Positions 48,497 to 61,660 of a stretch of DNA of 64,000 nucleotides are shown here, piece after piece. The notes under the pieces were generated by a model. It was not told the origin of the DNA and ran no database searches. It saw nothing but the letters and a program-made list of their open reading frames with translations. Position numbers and translations under genes: made by a program. How positions within the stretch are numbered: the first letter of the stretch is position 1; the number at the start of each line of letters is the position of its first letter. The DNA comes from Octopus sinensis (lineage: Eukaryota). Location: positions 72,354,001 through 72,418,000 of the forward strand of contig NC_043006.1 in the NCBI RefSeq assembly GCF_006345805.1, read 5' to 3'.

Positions 48497-48722
48497 GAAT
48501 AATGCCTTAGAACACTGCCTACCTACAGGTACATAATTCCCTCGTGATTGGTGAGAGATTCACCTCAAGGTTAACACAAGTACATTTTGAGGTATCTGAC
48601 TTACACTGACTGATAGACAGATGTCTCTCCATTACCACCTATTGGGATACAAGCAGATGACCCATTTTATAGGGCCGTTTTTTAATCAAATTTTTAAAAA
48701 TTCAACTTTGTATTAAGAATAT

Positions 48723-48940
48723 TAATAATGGTTTCAAATGGCTCAAGGCTAGCAAGTTCAGGGGAGGAGTAAGTCGATTACATCAATGCCAGTACTCAAC
48801 TGATACTTATTTTATTAGCCCTGAAAGGATAAAAGGCAAAGTCGACTTTGGTGGAATTTGAACTCAGAATGTGAAGATGGACAAAATGCCACTAAGCATT
48901 CCACTTGGCATACAAACAATTCTGCCAGCTCACTGCTATC
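48723..48940 (-). mobile_element. SINE family B
   Basis: AAAGGCAAAGTCGACTTTGGTGGAATTTGAACTCAG. Confidence 0.8.
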
Positions 48941-49149
48941 TTAAGAATATTAATAATGAGAATACTAATGGCTAAGTCAGAAAAGTAGCAGATAATCAGC
49001 AATGAGGTTGACAGTTTAATTCTTGTTTATATCACAATGTTATGTCCATAAACAAAACATTTAGCCTGTCCAATTTATCTATATAAGCAATAGAATTAAT
49101 GAACTTTAAGTATAGAGTTTAACTTTTCATGTAGGCTTGGAGAGAACTC

Positions 49150-50140
49150 TGAGCTTTCATATGTTGATTTATCCTGGTCAAACTATACAAAGATGAAGCC
49201 CCCAACTATACGCCAGTGGCTTTATGAGTTGAGGAGGCAAGGGAGATGTAACAGAAAATCCCAACAAGTTAATCCTAGGTTTTGTTTACATGCCTGGAAT
49301 TTCTTCTCTTATCTTACAACTGATTTACTTATAAAACTGAGGTCACTTGGATTTCAGTGTTAACAAAGACATCCAGTAGTAAACTTATCTGTTATGGCAT
49401 GGTGGGCTAAGATGATTAAAAGTCCTGGTGGACTCTTATCTGCACACTAAATCCATTGCTGACAACACCTCTGCACATGGCTTGTATGCTTCTCACAAGC
49501 CATTCACCTAATCCTAGCTTCTTTTCTGCAACCCTCAAATCACCAAAGAAAGAGCTCTGTCAAAGACTTTCTCCAGATTGATAAATGCTGGCTACAGTAG
49601 CTAACTTGTAGCTAAGTATTTCTCCTGCCACTCGAAGATGGCATCAGCAGTGTTTTTCTGTGATATAAAACATAACTAAATTTCATCAAGGCTAAGTCTT
49701 CCTAATCTATTAAACCATACCTCTTTCCAGAATTTTCATCACCTAATTAAGCATTTTGATACCTCTATAATTACTTCTCCCTAAAATGTCTCTTTTACTT
49801 TTGTAACAGCTAACTATAATGTTGTTATACCAGTCATTGTGTATGACACCTTCCTGTGCAGCATGATTGACTATACAAGCAACTAGTTTGTATCCTACTC
49901 CATGCAATACTTTAAGCATCTCAGCAGTAATTCTTGGTGGTTCAGTGGCTTTGCTTTATCCATCATACTGCAGGCTCTTAGAATGGCTGGTCCTTCCATT
50001 GGGTCTATGCTGGCAAAACTCCCTCTCCCACACATTCTCCACATTTAACAAGCTTTCATTGTAGTAATGATGGGATGACTCAATACTGAGAATACAGGCT
50101 TGAATAAGGTACAAGATGCTGAACAACTTTGAAGTCATTT
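49150..50140 (-). mobile_element. RTE-clade LINE reverse transcriptase fragment
   Basis: Minus-strand fragments QEGVI.NDWYNNIIVSCYK...SNYRGIKML, NTADAIF, EKYL, AFINLEKVFDR and GEWLVRSIQAM. Confidence 0.8.
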
Positions 50141-50956
50141 CAAATATTTTTAAAACCTAAACAATGCAAGTTATAAAAAATTAATAATATAGGTGATGGT
50201 TAGTATTAAAACTGAAATATTGATAGACCAGGCAATAATACAAATCATCTGTCTGTATTATTAATTTTTCATAATTTGCACTGTTATACTACAAGATATA
50301 TATTATGTAGATAACATTAAAATCTAAGCTGTGTCTCCTCAAACTATCTAAAAGACTCCTAATTACTAACTATATGTAAACACTTGATCCAAATGTAAAT
50401 TTCATATTTGATTCTCTGGAGAATTTCTAATAGGAGCTATCTTACATATTTCTCCCACACGTATAATTTTGTAACTCCTAATAGCAAATGAAACATGTGT
50501 AATGGTGGATAAATAATACCAAAAGTCTTTCACTCTCCTGTTTTGACCTACAACACACACACACACATATACCGAATGGGTAAAACATAACAACATGTAT
50601 GATGTTACATTAAATAATATGTTCCAAAAATTATAGAGAGGCGAAACAAATTGAAAATACACACATAGAATGTTGCTCAATCCTCATCAGTTATCGTCCA
50701 AAGGAGCATAACAATTTCATGCCTTTAACAATAATATTGTTCACCTTTGGTGACGCCAGTAATGAGAAGCCTTTGGGAAATAGCGAACAAACAAGGGACA
50801 GTGAAGAAAACAAACACAACAGAATGTGAACATACAAACACAATGAAATGAATATATATTATTCAAACAAAATAATATAGAATAAGGCCTTGTGGATCAA
50901 GATGAGATGAATAGTGAAAGAACAAAAGGGAGAGAGACAAAAACAAACAAAATGTG

Positions 50957-50997
<41 letters not shown>

Positions 50998-51939
50998 CAG
51001 TTTCAGAGTGGCAACATGGAAACAGAAGTATTTTATGGGTTAGGTTTCTGTAGGTTAGTATGCTTTTGAAACTCCTTAACACTTTTGTTAACATCCTATG
51101 AATGAAAATGGCACACCATATATGAACTTGCAACGATAAGTCATACATCAGATGAATCAAATGATGAGTTATTAAATAATGACTTATTAGACAATTAGTA
51201 GACTAGATAATAAGTGTTATTATATCCCAAACCTGGTTTGGGATATAATGATACGAGCATTGTGAATGTGTTTCTATAATATGCCAAATTAGGAGGGGCT
51301 CAAAAGTGATACTATCATCTGCAGTTCCAAGCAGATGTAACAATGAAATTCAAGGCAAGCTAGTCATTAAAAAAAAAAACTGTTGGGAGAAAAGCAAAAG
51401 CCTACCAGAGGAACATCCCTCTGAATTCAGCCATTTTCATTAAAACAAAAAAAAAAGTTTGCAAAAAGAAAAAAAGATTCAACCTGTTTCTTTTGAGAAT
51501 ATGGAGATTATTGTTCACCATTCAGTCCAGCAAGTAAAACTTTGTAATTAGGTGTATCAGTTTTAGGTTATGGGGTTTTCAAGGGTTCACAAAAGAATAT
51601 ATAAGAATATACAATATATATAAACAACATCACAACACACAATAAATAAAAAATATATATAAAAGGAAGAAAAAGGAAAACTCGGTACCCCATTTCAACA
51701 TACAAGTCTCCACATCATTAACCAAATCATGTTTCAGAATACTCCAAAAACATTTCCAACCCAACCACAAGTACCACAAAGTAATAAACCAATACAACGT
51801 AAAATTAAATCCCACAGCTTATGTCTTCAAAATAGGAAAAAAAAAAAAAAAAAAACTGTAGCCACCTAAAACTTTCTAAAGGTAGAAACCAAAACTAAAT
51901 ACACAACAGCAACAATTGCAATATCAGCACTTCTCCATC

Positions 51940-52300
51940 TTACCCTCTGAAAGGAAATTGTGTCACAAGTAATATTATCTATAACCACAACACTACATCA
52001 GCTACTACATTCACATATATACAGGCTCAGCAGCAAACCTGTTCAAGACACGATACAACCAACATACATTCACTTTGCAACCCAAATAGGAAAAATGACA
52101 CCTCGTTATCCAAATAATATATGAACATTAAAATAAAAAAAATATTCCAATTCACATTAAATGGAAGATATTATGATACGCACAGCCATACCAATGTAAC
52201 AAGAAACCCTGTTAGCTTTGTACCAATGAATCCTACCACATTCTCACATTTAGGAATCAAATTCTGATCTAAGACTTCCAGCAAACACAAAATCTAGAAA
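51940..52300 (+). mobile_element. Penelope-like element GIY-YIG endonuclease remnant
   Basis: PLKGNCVTSNIIY...YTGSAANLFKTRYNQH, then (frameshift) NDTSLSK*YMNIK..NIPIHIKWKIL*YAQPY..KKPC*LCTNESYHIL. This is the typical PLE C-terminal CPL.G.C...YIG...FK.RY..H...LSK...WKIL...C.LC..E pattern. Confidence 0.75.
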
Positions 52301-52699
52301 ATGGTAAAACATTTCAAACCAATAGTTTTCTTCTAAAGACTAAACTTGACAATATCTCTCCCTTACCTGCCATCAGCACAAACTATCCCCATAATACATA
52401 CAAACACTAACATTACAACTTTCCACTAACAAATACTGTAGAAACTCCTCCAACTTTCAACTGAAATACCTACAAAAGAATTTCTAACATGTGAGTATAT
52501 ATACACACATATACATAAACATACATAGGTGCAATCATGCTGGAGGATTAAAGTGATTTAGAAATTTGTGTATTCTTACATACATGTATATGCACACATT
52601 TTTATAATCTCTTGAATAAACCCAAAATAATATATCATAAATATTTTTACTAATATCCACACTTGGAAACAACAGATAATTTTTTTCCAAATGCCACAC

Positions 52700-53045
52700 G
52701 AGTGGCTGTGTGGTAAGTAGCCTGGTTACCAACCATATGGTTCCAGGTTGAGCTCCACCATGTGGCACCTTGGGCAAGTGTCTTCTATTATAGCCTCAAA
52801 CTGACCAAAGCTTTGTGGGTGGATTTGGTAGACGGAAACTCTGTGTATGTGTTTGTCCTCCCACCATCACTTGATAACCGATGTTGGTGTGGTTACATCC
52901 TTGTAGCTTAGCGGTTTGGTGAAAGAAACCGATAGAATAAGTACTAGGCTTACAAAGAATAAGTCCCGGGTCAATCTGTTCAACTAAAGGCGGTGCTCCA
53001 GCATGGCTACAGGCAAATTACTGAAACAAGTAAAATAGTAAAAAC
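52700..53045 (+). mobile_element. SINE family A
   Basis: Matches 15572-15965, lacking the internal microsatellite. Confidence 0.85.
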
Positions 53046-53152
53046 AGGTAGTACCAAGTCTACATCATTACTGGTAGCAATACTACATATAGCGACCTAT
53101 ATAAATCCTTTGAACAGACATTATTATTATTATTATTATTATTATCATCATT

Positions 53153-53509
53153 ACTAGCACTATGACCCAGCAACACCGGGTCATAGTGCTAGTGCATGCA
53201 TATACAGCTGCGTGCGTGCACACATACACGTGAGTACTGTCCAAATCTCCGACCAATCACATACAGCTAGCTGGCATTCAATTGGCATATCAAGTTTCGG
53301 TCATTTTGATTGGGTTTTGATAGAAAATTTTTTTAAAAAGTCACTTCTATTGATTTTTTAATGACTTTGCAGGGTGACTGGGGAAATGTAAAGATGTGCA
53401 CGACCACCCTTGGACAGTTTTGAATGACCATAGAAAGTGCGAGCCCTCTAACTGAAAAATTGTGGACACACACACAGACAGACATTTTGCTGTTTATATA
53501 TATAGAGAG
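53153..53509 (+). mobile_element. Helitron/Helentron-like (DINE/HINE-type) non-autonomous element
   Basis: 5' ACTAGCACTATGACCC...GGGTCATAGTGCTAGT hairpin; 3' ACACACAGACAGACATTTTGCTGTTTATATATATAGAG; no TSD; inserted in (TTA)n. Confidence 0.6.
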
Positions 53510-54705
53510 ATTATTATTATTATTATTTTGTTCCACACAGGACCATAGCTTTTTTTTTTCAAAATGCCACAGATAGTACCAAGTCTACATCATTACTGAT
53601 AGTGCTACTACATATAGTGACCCGACTCATAAATCCTGCAAACAAACTTATTATTTTTTCTTCCAGACAATTATTTTTCCCTGTGTGTAGTTCAGTTCTG
53701 TGTAGGGTTCCCATTTTATCAGACATTTTCTTTTTGTTCTCCAGGATCTTTTATATATACATATATATATATTTTTTTTCCACTGTGTGAAGTTCAATCC
53801 TATGTTAGAGTTCCAATTTTATCAGACACTTTTTCTTCAATCCTTCAAACTTCCTTTCATTGTTCTTGAAGGTAGGTCTTCTTTTTTAACACTCCTATGA
53901 GCATTCGTAACCTCATTACCAGTGTTACAATGACACCATTATACAGTGAGAAGTATCCTTGTCACCACTGTTATGTCCTGCTACCATATATAGTGGCTGT
54001 GTGAGCCACAAATCCTTGTCACTGTTATGTTTCGCATTATGACAACATATTTCATCATCTCTTCCTAAAACACAAAGGTTAATTCTTTTTTAAAATATTC
54101 AAAAACAATTAACTTCTAATTAGAATTCTAACTACCTACCTATGATCTTTTCTGAACCTTAAAGCGCAAGACAAACAAATTCCTATACTAAAAACACCAT
54201 GGTTTAAGCTGGCACACCTAAATAAACATACCTAGTAACAAAGTTTTGCATGCTTGATTGATCTTTGAACAATAACTGCAACCAAAAGTGTAACTTTTGA
54301 ACAATAACTGCTACCTTCCCAAAACAAACAGGTTTTAATCTCCTAGGTAACATCATTGAAAAGTAAAGTAAGCCAATGCCCAACTAATCTTTACACCTAC
54401 TCACATTCTTTTGTGAACCTTTATATGTGTAAAGCTAACACACCTAAATAAACACACCATATTACAAAGTTTTTATTTTGCTGGACAATCTCCATATTAT
54501 CTACAACCTAATTATCATTCACCCACACTAGAAAACTTAAATTTACCAGTGACTATATAAAGCCAAGATGAAATCAAATGTACTATTAACACTATTCTTG
54601 TTGAAAAACAATAAAAATACTCTACAAAAAGAACTGAGTAATCCTTTGTTTTAATGTAAAGTCGTTTACATTATAATTCAACATAAAAACAAACATTAAG
54701 ATATA

Positions 54706-54917
54706 CTGAGGGGGGGTGGAAAGTTCCTGGCTTTAAGAATATTGTGAAAGGCCTAGTTGAGGGCCCAACCTTCCAACTTCTTTTACAAGGCTTACAAAAA
54801 TTGAAGGACTGCTGCAATAAGTGTGTAAATCTGAGAGGGGAACATGTTGAATAAAATCATAACTGATCTACCAGTATTTTCTTTAACCCAAAACTAGGAA
54901 CTTTTCAGCACCCACTT
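54706..54917 (+). mobile_element. Internally deleted mariner (MITE-like)
   Basis: TA-CTGAGGGGGGGTGGAAAGTTCCTGGCT...ACTAGGAACTTTTCAGCACCC..-TA; retains the transposase end ...CCNKCVNLRGEHVE*. Confidence 0.75.
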
Positions 54918-55105
<188 letters not shown>

Positions 55106-55384
55106 TATAGCATTAGAGTTTATAAAATTCTTTTCCAAATTTACCTAATTTTTATTTATTTATTTGATATACCAGTTATTTTAATTTACCTATAAGTTTG
55201 CAACAACTTTTGTTTAATTTATATCTGTGAATCATTATTGTGTATGTGAATTTATTTCATTTTGTAGTTTTCTTCAGACATAAAAATTTCAATATTTTTC
55301 ATTCTATTTTACTGTTATGGAACACATATTTTTTGTACATTTCAGTTCCTTTGAAAATTCAACAATCTGCACAATTCTTCCATA

Positions 55385-55615
55385 TTAACCGTTTAGCATT
55401 CAAACTGGCCATATCGGACCCAAATATTCTACCTGTTTTCAGTTCAATCTGATTAGACCAGGCCTCTCACACCTACTCTATAATATCATTCTAAAATTAA
55501 ACAATCACAACATTGAAATCTCAAAGGTATAAGATAATGTATGATTAATTCAAAACAGTATTAATAAATAAATAAACTTGTATTTAACAGAGTAATCTGA
55601 ATGCTAAATGGTTAA
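55385..55615. mobile_element. piggyBac-like MITE (family G)
   Basis: TTAA-CCGTTTAGCATTC...AATGCTAAATGG-TTAA. Confidence 0.75.
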
Positions 55616-55937
55616 ATGATGTAATATACTGAGTTGAGCATTTGCTAATAATTCAGTTTCTATGGTGATGTTTAAACAAAGTTTTAAACAATTCTACACT
55701 TTCCTGTATTTATTTGTAATTAGAATCAACTTGGTAAAAAATTATGTAATAGGTTTATTTACCAGCCTTTCATTAAGATGTGTTTCTAAAACACATCAAT
55801 AAATAAATGAAAAAAGTTAGAATTTACATTTATGTATTTGTTTTGCAAGATTCTTGATGTGAAAATGTGTGTTGAAACAGATTTTGTTATACTTGGAGAT
55901 GGTTACTATGTTTTTTTTTTTTTGTTGTTGTTGCCAA

Positions 55938-56241
55938 TTAAACACATGCACTATTTATTTGAGCCTCACTTCAGTTTTTATTTGTATTATTTTTAGCCTA
56001 TTTGTCAGTCAAAGTTCTTTCATCATACATTGTGACCTGATCAGAGTCTCACTGTCACACACATCTCCTCTTGCCCTGCTTATTCCAAAAATGGAATAAG
56101 CAGGACAAGAGGAGACACATGGGACAGTGAGACACTGAGGAGGTTAGAATGTATGACAAAAGAACTTTGACAGACAAATAAACTAAAAATAATACAAATA
56201 AAAACTGAAGAGAAGATCAAATAAATAGTACAGGTGTTTAA
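55938..56241. mobile_element. Fold-back element (about 150-bp arms, AAAA loop) with hammerhead-like motifs (canonical CUGANGA)
   Basis: Arms 55938-56087 and 56092-56241; mirror-image ORFs in the track; motifs at 56008-56048 (minus) and 56131-56171 (plus). Confidence 0.75.
56131..56171 (+). ncRNA. Minimal type-I hammerhead-like motif, canonical C3:G8 core
   Basis: GACA-CTGAGGA-G-GTTA-GAATGTA-TGAC-AAAA-GAAC-T-T-TGAC. G12 is lost here (consistent with CpG decay) and retained in the other arm (TGAT-GAAA). Confidence 0.55.
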
Positions 56242-56435
56242 CCCTTTAGCATGCAGATTAATCAGCCAAATGTAATGGTTATGCATTCATATTTGAATTA
56301 ATTATACATTATTTCATAGCCTTGAGTGTGATTGTTTTTAGAATTACACTGTTGGAAAGGTGTGAGAGGCCAAATCTGGCTAGTTTGAATGTAAGACAGG
56401 TAGAATATTTGGGCCGAATATGGCCAGTTTAAATT
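56238..56435. mobile_element. piggyBac-like MITE (family G), right end decayed
   Basis: TTAA-CCCTTTAGCATGCAGATTA...GGTAGAATATTTGGGCCGAATATGGCCAGTTTAAA. Confidence 0.7.
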
Positions 56436-58297
56436 GGTCAAAAAAAATTACCATCCCAAGTATAACAATATAAAGTTAGAAATGTTTTATGAAATCAGTC
56501 TAAATTTATTTTAGAATTTAATCAAAATGTATAGTGGGATGTATTTTAGTTAGAAATATAGTAATGAAAGGGTTAAAATCTAATTTGAACAATTCTATTT
56601 GATGAAAGAAACATCATTGTGCTTGGGAAAACAAAAAACAATATTTTTCTTGTCTTACATAGATTACATGCAATTTGATATCATGTTCTTGACTAATGGC
56701 ATATACTAACAGAGAAACGCTTTAAAAGATATCAGTGAGGAAAAAATCTACACATCTTTTTCTCTGTGTGAATGAATTGAATATTGTACATCTGGATGGA
56801 CATTTACGTCAGTTACTGGAACACTATAGCTCTACAACAGAGTGTCCATCCTAACACTATTTATTACATTTCTGTTACAAACTAAGACCAGACTACCCAG
56901 CGAGTATGTTTACTTCCCACCCACAATATCTCTGGAAAAAATTATTCACAAGTCACTTAAGAACAATTTCATTGTAATGCTATAGAATAAGTAGTCATGG
57001 AATAAGTGCAGTACTGTTGTTAAGACTAACAGCTAGATCTACCACTTCTATATGGTCATGAGATTGACTCATTCAGAAATATTTAAAATATATTAAAGAG
57101 AGACTATGAATAACCATTCAACTTGATATTTTTAGCAGAGTCATTTTTATTTTGCCTCAAAAAAACATGTGGAATGTCACATAACATGTAAAGCAAACAG
57201 AATAGCTTCATTTTTGAAATCCCATGATTTCCGGTGTTTTCCATTGAGTTGACCCATTAACACAGCCAATAGTATTTTTAATGGCACTAGATTCTGGTTC
57301 TTACTGTAAATTGCGATACAAATCCTTCAAACCAGACAAAGGCAATATAGACACTTTGAAAGCTTTTGCTGAAACATTATCTTACTTGTTGCTTAAGAAA
57401 AAGACAGTTGCAACAACTTGACTTTGTTGGATATTCTATGAGAATTAGAAACAAAATAATCAACTGCCAAGAAACTGAACTTGAAAAAAGAACAATCTTC
57501 TAAAATGAAGCATACTTTAATAAGAAACAACAAAATTAGATAATAGACTGGGGAAATCAAAGAGAAATCAAAGTAAATTTGTTCTAAATTTAGATATCCG
57601 GAATATCCCCATGCTAGCATGGAAAGCGGACATTAAACGATGACGACAATGATGATATTAACACTCAGAAAAAGTGGTTCAGCATGTACTGATGAACTGA
57701 ACGGGGAAACTGGCCATAGTTTTTAGTATTTGGATTTTGGACAATATTGAAATAAATAACAAAGAAATAAGTGTTGAAATCACTTTTTAGACTGTCAACA
57801 GTTCAAAGCTTGTGGAGTGAGTCACATATCAGGCATGTTGCTAGTAGAACACACTAAGAGAATTCTTTCAGGTAGTATAAGCTGCTAACGAAAAAAACTA
57901 GTATTTATGGTAAGATATATTACCCCAACCCTTGGCAAATGGTTGGATGGCTGCCAGGAAATAAGAAGATAGGAAAGTTAAAATGTCTTTACTAAATACT
58001 TTCCTCAAACAAGGTTTCCTAGATCAAGGAAAGTAACAATGTATTTTATAACAAACCAATGTTGGAACAGAGTAAACAGTATCAAATGCTGAGATTTAAA
58101 GTCATGTCTTAAGTACTACTTGAAAGTTATAAAAAGCAGAGTGACTGTATCTCTTTAAATTACGACCAGTTTTATACTTTCTTATTGATGAGCTTGTAGA
58201 ATATCTGTATCTGTGCTCAGTAGCGTTTGTATCAAATCTTAGGACATTCCATCTCCTTAACTATAACCCCACCTCACCACTTAACCATGTGTATATA

Positions 58298-58330
<33 letters not shown>

Positions 58331-59270
58331 CTATTATATTACACGTCTTGTTAATTTATGATGGCAATTTCATGTCAGAAAATCACGAAGAAGAGCGGCA
58401 CACCCTCAAGAGGTTATGGAAACAGATTCTTCAGCTGCTGAGCTTCGCTTCTTGCCTACACTTAAATAGCTAGGTTTGGTCTCATAAAATAAAGTCTGTT
58501 TTCTTTTGAAAATTTCCTATTACATTGAAAATACTTAACTAAAAAAAAAAAAAGGAATGTCACTTTTGAAATGTTTCAAAAAATATTTTGTAAATCATTA
58601 TTCTGATACAAACTAGAAATAATTTTTCTCTCTGTATCATGAAATGTACTGTGAACATTTTCAATGCATTTTTTTTTTTTTATACATAAGTCACAAGACA
58701 TGAACAATAGTAATCACTATAACAGATAGTCACTAAAAAGTCAAATCATATTTAAGTTAAAAAACAGGTTTCTATGAGTCAGAAAATTATTATGGAATGA
58801 AATGAAAGAAAGATTGATGACATCTCATGAAGTTTTTTTTTTTACTTTATCATCATTCATCTTCAATGTGAATAGAAAAGACTCAAAGAGAAAAATAATG
58901 CTTGTATGAATTAAGAATTAATAAAATTCATTTTAGAAATTAAAACCATTAGTGGAATAGATATCAAGAACATGAATGTAACCTATTATATAATAAATTC
59001 AACAAGCAACTACAGATGAAGTGAAGTGAAGACTGAACAGCCTAAGCTCCAGAAAAACTACCACTATCTCAGGTATAGGAATGGAAATTGGCTGACTGTT
59101 AAAGGATAAAAACAAATCAATACAAACCTTAACTACATTCCAATTTGTCATTCTCTAAGTCTGAAACTGCTTTTCTGTTTTCAGTTATCAACAGAAAAGT
59201 TTAATAATTTTTAGGTAGAATATATTTAAACATTTATAAAATGAAGTACTGAAACACACACACACAAAAT

Positions 59271-59470
59271 AGTTGTGCATTAAGAAGTCTGCTTCTCAAA
59301 CAACATGGTTCTAGGTTCAATCCCACAGTGTGGTACCTTGGGTAAGTGTTTTCTTCAATAACCAAGAGAAACCAAAGGCTTGTGAGTGGATTTGGCAGAC
59401 TGAAACTGAAAGAAGCCTGCCATATAAATATGTATGTTCATGTATGTACATATGTACATGTGTGAGTATG
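59271..59470 (+). mobile_element. SINE family A, 5' part
   Basis: CATGGTTCTAGGTTCAATCCC...ACCTTGGGTAAGTGT...GGCTTGTGAGTGGATTTGG. Confidence 0.75.
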
Positions 59471-59569
59471 TTGGTGACAGGAAAGGCATTCAGCCATTGA
59501 AAAGTGGATATTAAAATTATGATTGTGATATATACATGTGTGTGTCTGTGTCTGATAGATATCCTCCTT

Positions 59570-59800
59570 GTCGTCATCATCATTTTAATGTTTACTTTTT
59601 CATGCTTGTATGAGGCTGACAGGATTCAGCTTCTACAACCAGATGCCCTTCCTAATGCCAAACCATACCTGTTTCCAAGTTAGATACTATTTTCCCATAG
59701 CCTGGACATTTCAGGGAGGGAATGCAAACAAATAGCACTGCTTGTATGATAATGAAGTTGTATTTATATTCAGCATATGATGTCATGATGAGATAGAAGC
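59570..59800 (-). mobile_element. RTE-tail-type element fragment
   Basis: CATCATCATTTTAATG...CCAGATGCCCTTCCTAATGCCAAACC. Confidence 0.65.
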
Positions 59801-60699
59801 ATGCACACATACAAACACACATACACTTATTTTGTGGATATATGAATCACTGGTCCAAATCATTCAATACTGTTAGCCAGTCTTTGAATTTCTCTTAGCA
59901 GTTCTTTAGCAGCATTACAAACTTTTGTGTCATTCTGAGATCTGCAGTGACGAATTTTGCAGGCAATGTCTAATAAATAGTGTTGTTTTTGTACTGTTAA
60001 AGATCAGACTCACTTCTCACTACCTTCTATATTAAAAATACTTTTAATTTAAATTCTGAGTTGTCTCCCTTGCTATTCTTGACAAGAAGTGGTCATTTAG
60101 ATAATGACTATTCTAATGAGTAATGGTGTAATTTTAATTAAAATTTCTTCTCTCAGTATAACAAATCTGTTAGTGCCTACTATACTCACATAAATACAGT
60201 TTGAACTCACCAAGAAACAACTCTTATTCAATCCTTATATATTCTACTGAAATAATTCATTATGATTAATCTAGTTTTGTAGTAAATTTCCCTTTTTATT
60301 ATTTATTTCAACCAACAGTTTCAATATTCCAAATACAATTTCATGTTAAATACAATCATTCACTGTATTACAGAGATATTACAGTCTGGAAAATCTTACT
60401 GTAATATGGAATTCCATAAAGCATGAGAAAATAGGTTTCACGTTATGGAATTTCATATCACAGTAACAGTTTTTGGAATGCAATGCTTCTTTAATGCAGG
60501 GGATGCCTGTATATATACATACACAATACATCTCTTTTATTTGCTTAAGCTTTTGGGCTGCAGCCATACAAGGATACCACCTTGAAAAATTTCAGCTGAC
60601 CATAATTGACCCCAGCACTTACTTTTAAGTTTGGTATTTGTTGAGCAGCAAAGTTATTGGACAAGAAACTAGACACTGTTATTTTAAGTGATGTCAATA

Positions 60700-61660
60700 T
60701 TGCCTGCATACACTGATATGGCCCTCCTGAGTCCCAGTTCAAAAGGGGTATCTCTCAACTGTTCAGCTTGCAGTAGACTCAAGAGCCTGCATATACAGGG
60801 GGCAAGATGGGGCAGCCCTGTCAGACTGAGCATCTGATATTAAATTCTTCCGAGAGGCAGCCATTTACTTTGACCACTGAGTAGGTGTTGTTGTGCATTG
60901 CAGCAACCCAGCCTCTGAAAATGGGTCAAAACCCAGTTGATCTGAGCACCCACTGAAGCCAGCTTTGATTCTAACTCTCTCTATGAGAGTGCATCTATAA
61001 GATGGAGATTCTCATGGATGGACCTGTTCAGAGTTGCACATGTTTGTGCTTCCCCAACCAAACCATCAACAACAAGTCCAAACTTTTTTGCTGACATGTC
61101 AGCCAAAATTTTAAACTCTGTATTCAGCAGATTTATTGAAAGTAAACTGCTTACAACATCCGTTTGTTGGTATCCATTCTCAACAGTATTACCACTCCCA
61201 GTGCTACCAGTTGCAATAGTTGTCTGCCAAAAGTTGGCCAAACAAGTCTGGAATGAATTTGCAACAAGTGGAAATGAAAGTGAATTTTGGTTTTAGAACT
61301 AAAGATATTAAACAGGATATCAAAGCATTATCTGTTTACATTACTCTGCTACAAGTCATCACTCTCCTTGTAGTTGAGACCTGGTTCCTCTGAAAACTTT
61401 CAGGTATGAGCAGCATCTCTGTGTCTATATTGATAACTGACCAGTTCTCCTTGGAACGAGGGCTTGGTCTTATGGCGATTATTTTTAACATTTTCCAATA
61501 TCATAGTGAAATATTTAATACTCAGCTCAGATGGCATGTTTGAAAGTGTCACCTTATTCATACGTCTCCCCAGGTAAATATGGAGCATGTATTTGTGGAT
61601 ATTTTCTTAGTATCAACTAGAACCAAGCAATGATTCTAAGCAGCAGGGATGAGGAAGGAT
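60700..61660 (-). mobile_element. L1/Tx1-like LINE reverse transcriptase fragment
   Basis: LLNTEFKILA...LVVDGLVGEAQTCA..NRSIHENLHLI and V*QGCPILPLYM.ALE, matching the L1/Tx1 LLNT..KILA..L...I...Q and VRQGCPLSP motifs. Confidence 0.8.

Noticed and set aside
50650-50700. CTGATGAG on the minus strand (possible PLE hammerhead half)
   Set aside because: No stem II partner or GAAA follows; at best a heavily decayed remnant.
51219-51249. Perfect 15-bp palindrome ATTATATCCCAAACC-T-GGTTTGGGATATAAT
   Set aside because: Arms do not extend and there is no associated motif; not interpretable alone.
57685-57720. CTGATGA-A-CTGAACGG-GGAAA-CTGGCC hammerhead-like string
   Set aside because: Stem II is only 2 bp, U16.1 is absent and helix I does not pair; insufficient from one copy.
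58355-58475. CpG-containing block with short open frames (MSENHEEERHTLKRLW...) and a GAAGAAGAG...CTCAAGA string
   Set aside because: All frames stop quickly, there is no recognisable family or splice pair, and the ribozyme core would need several substitutions.
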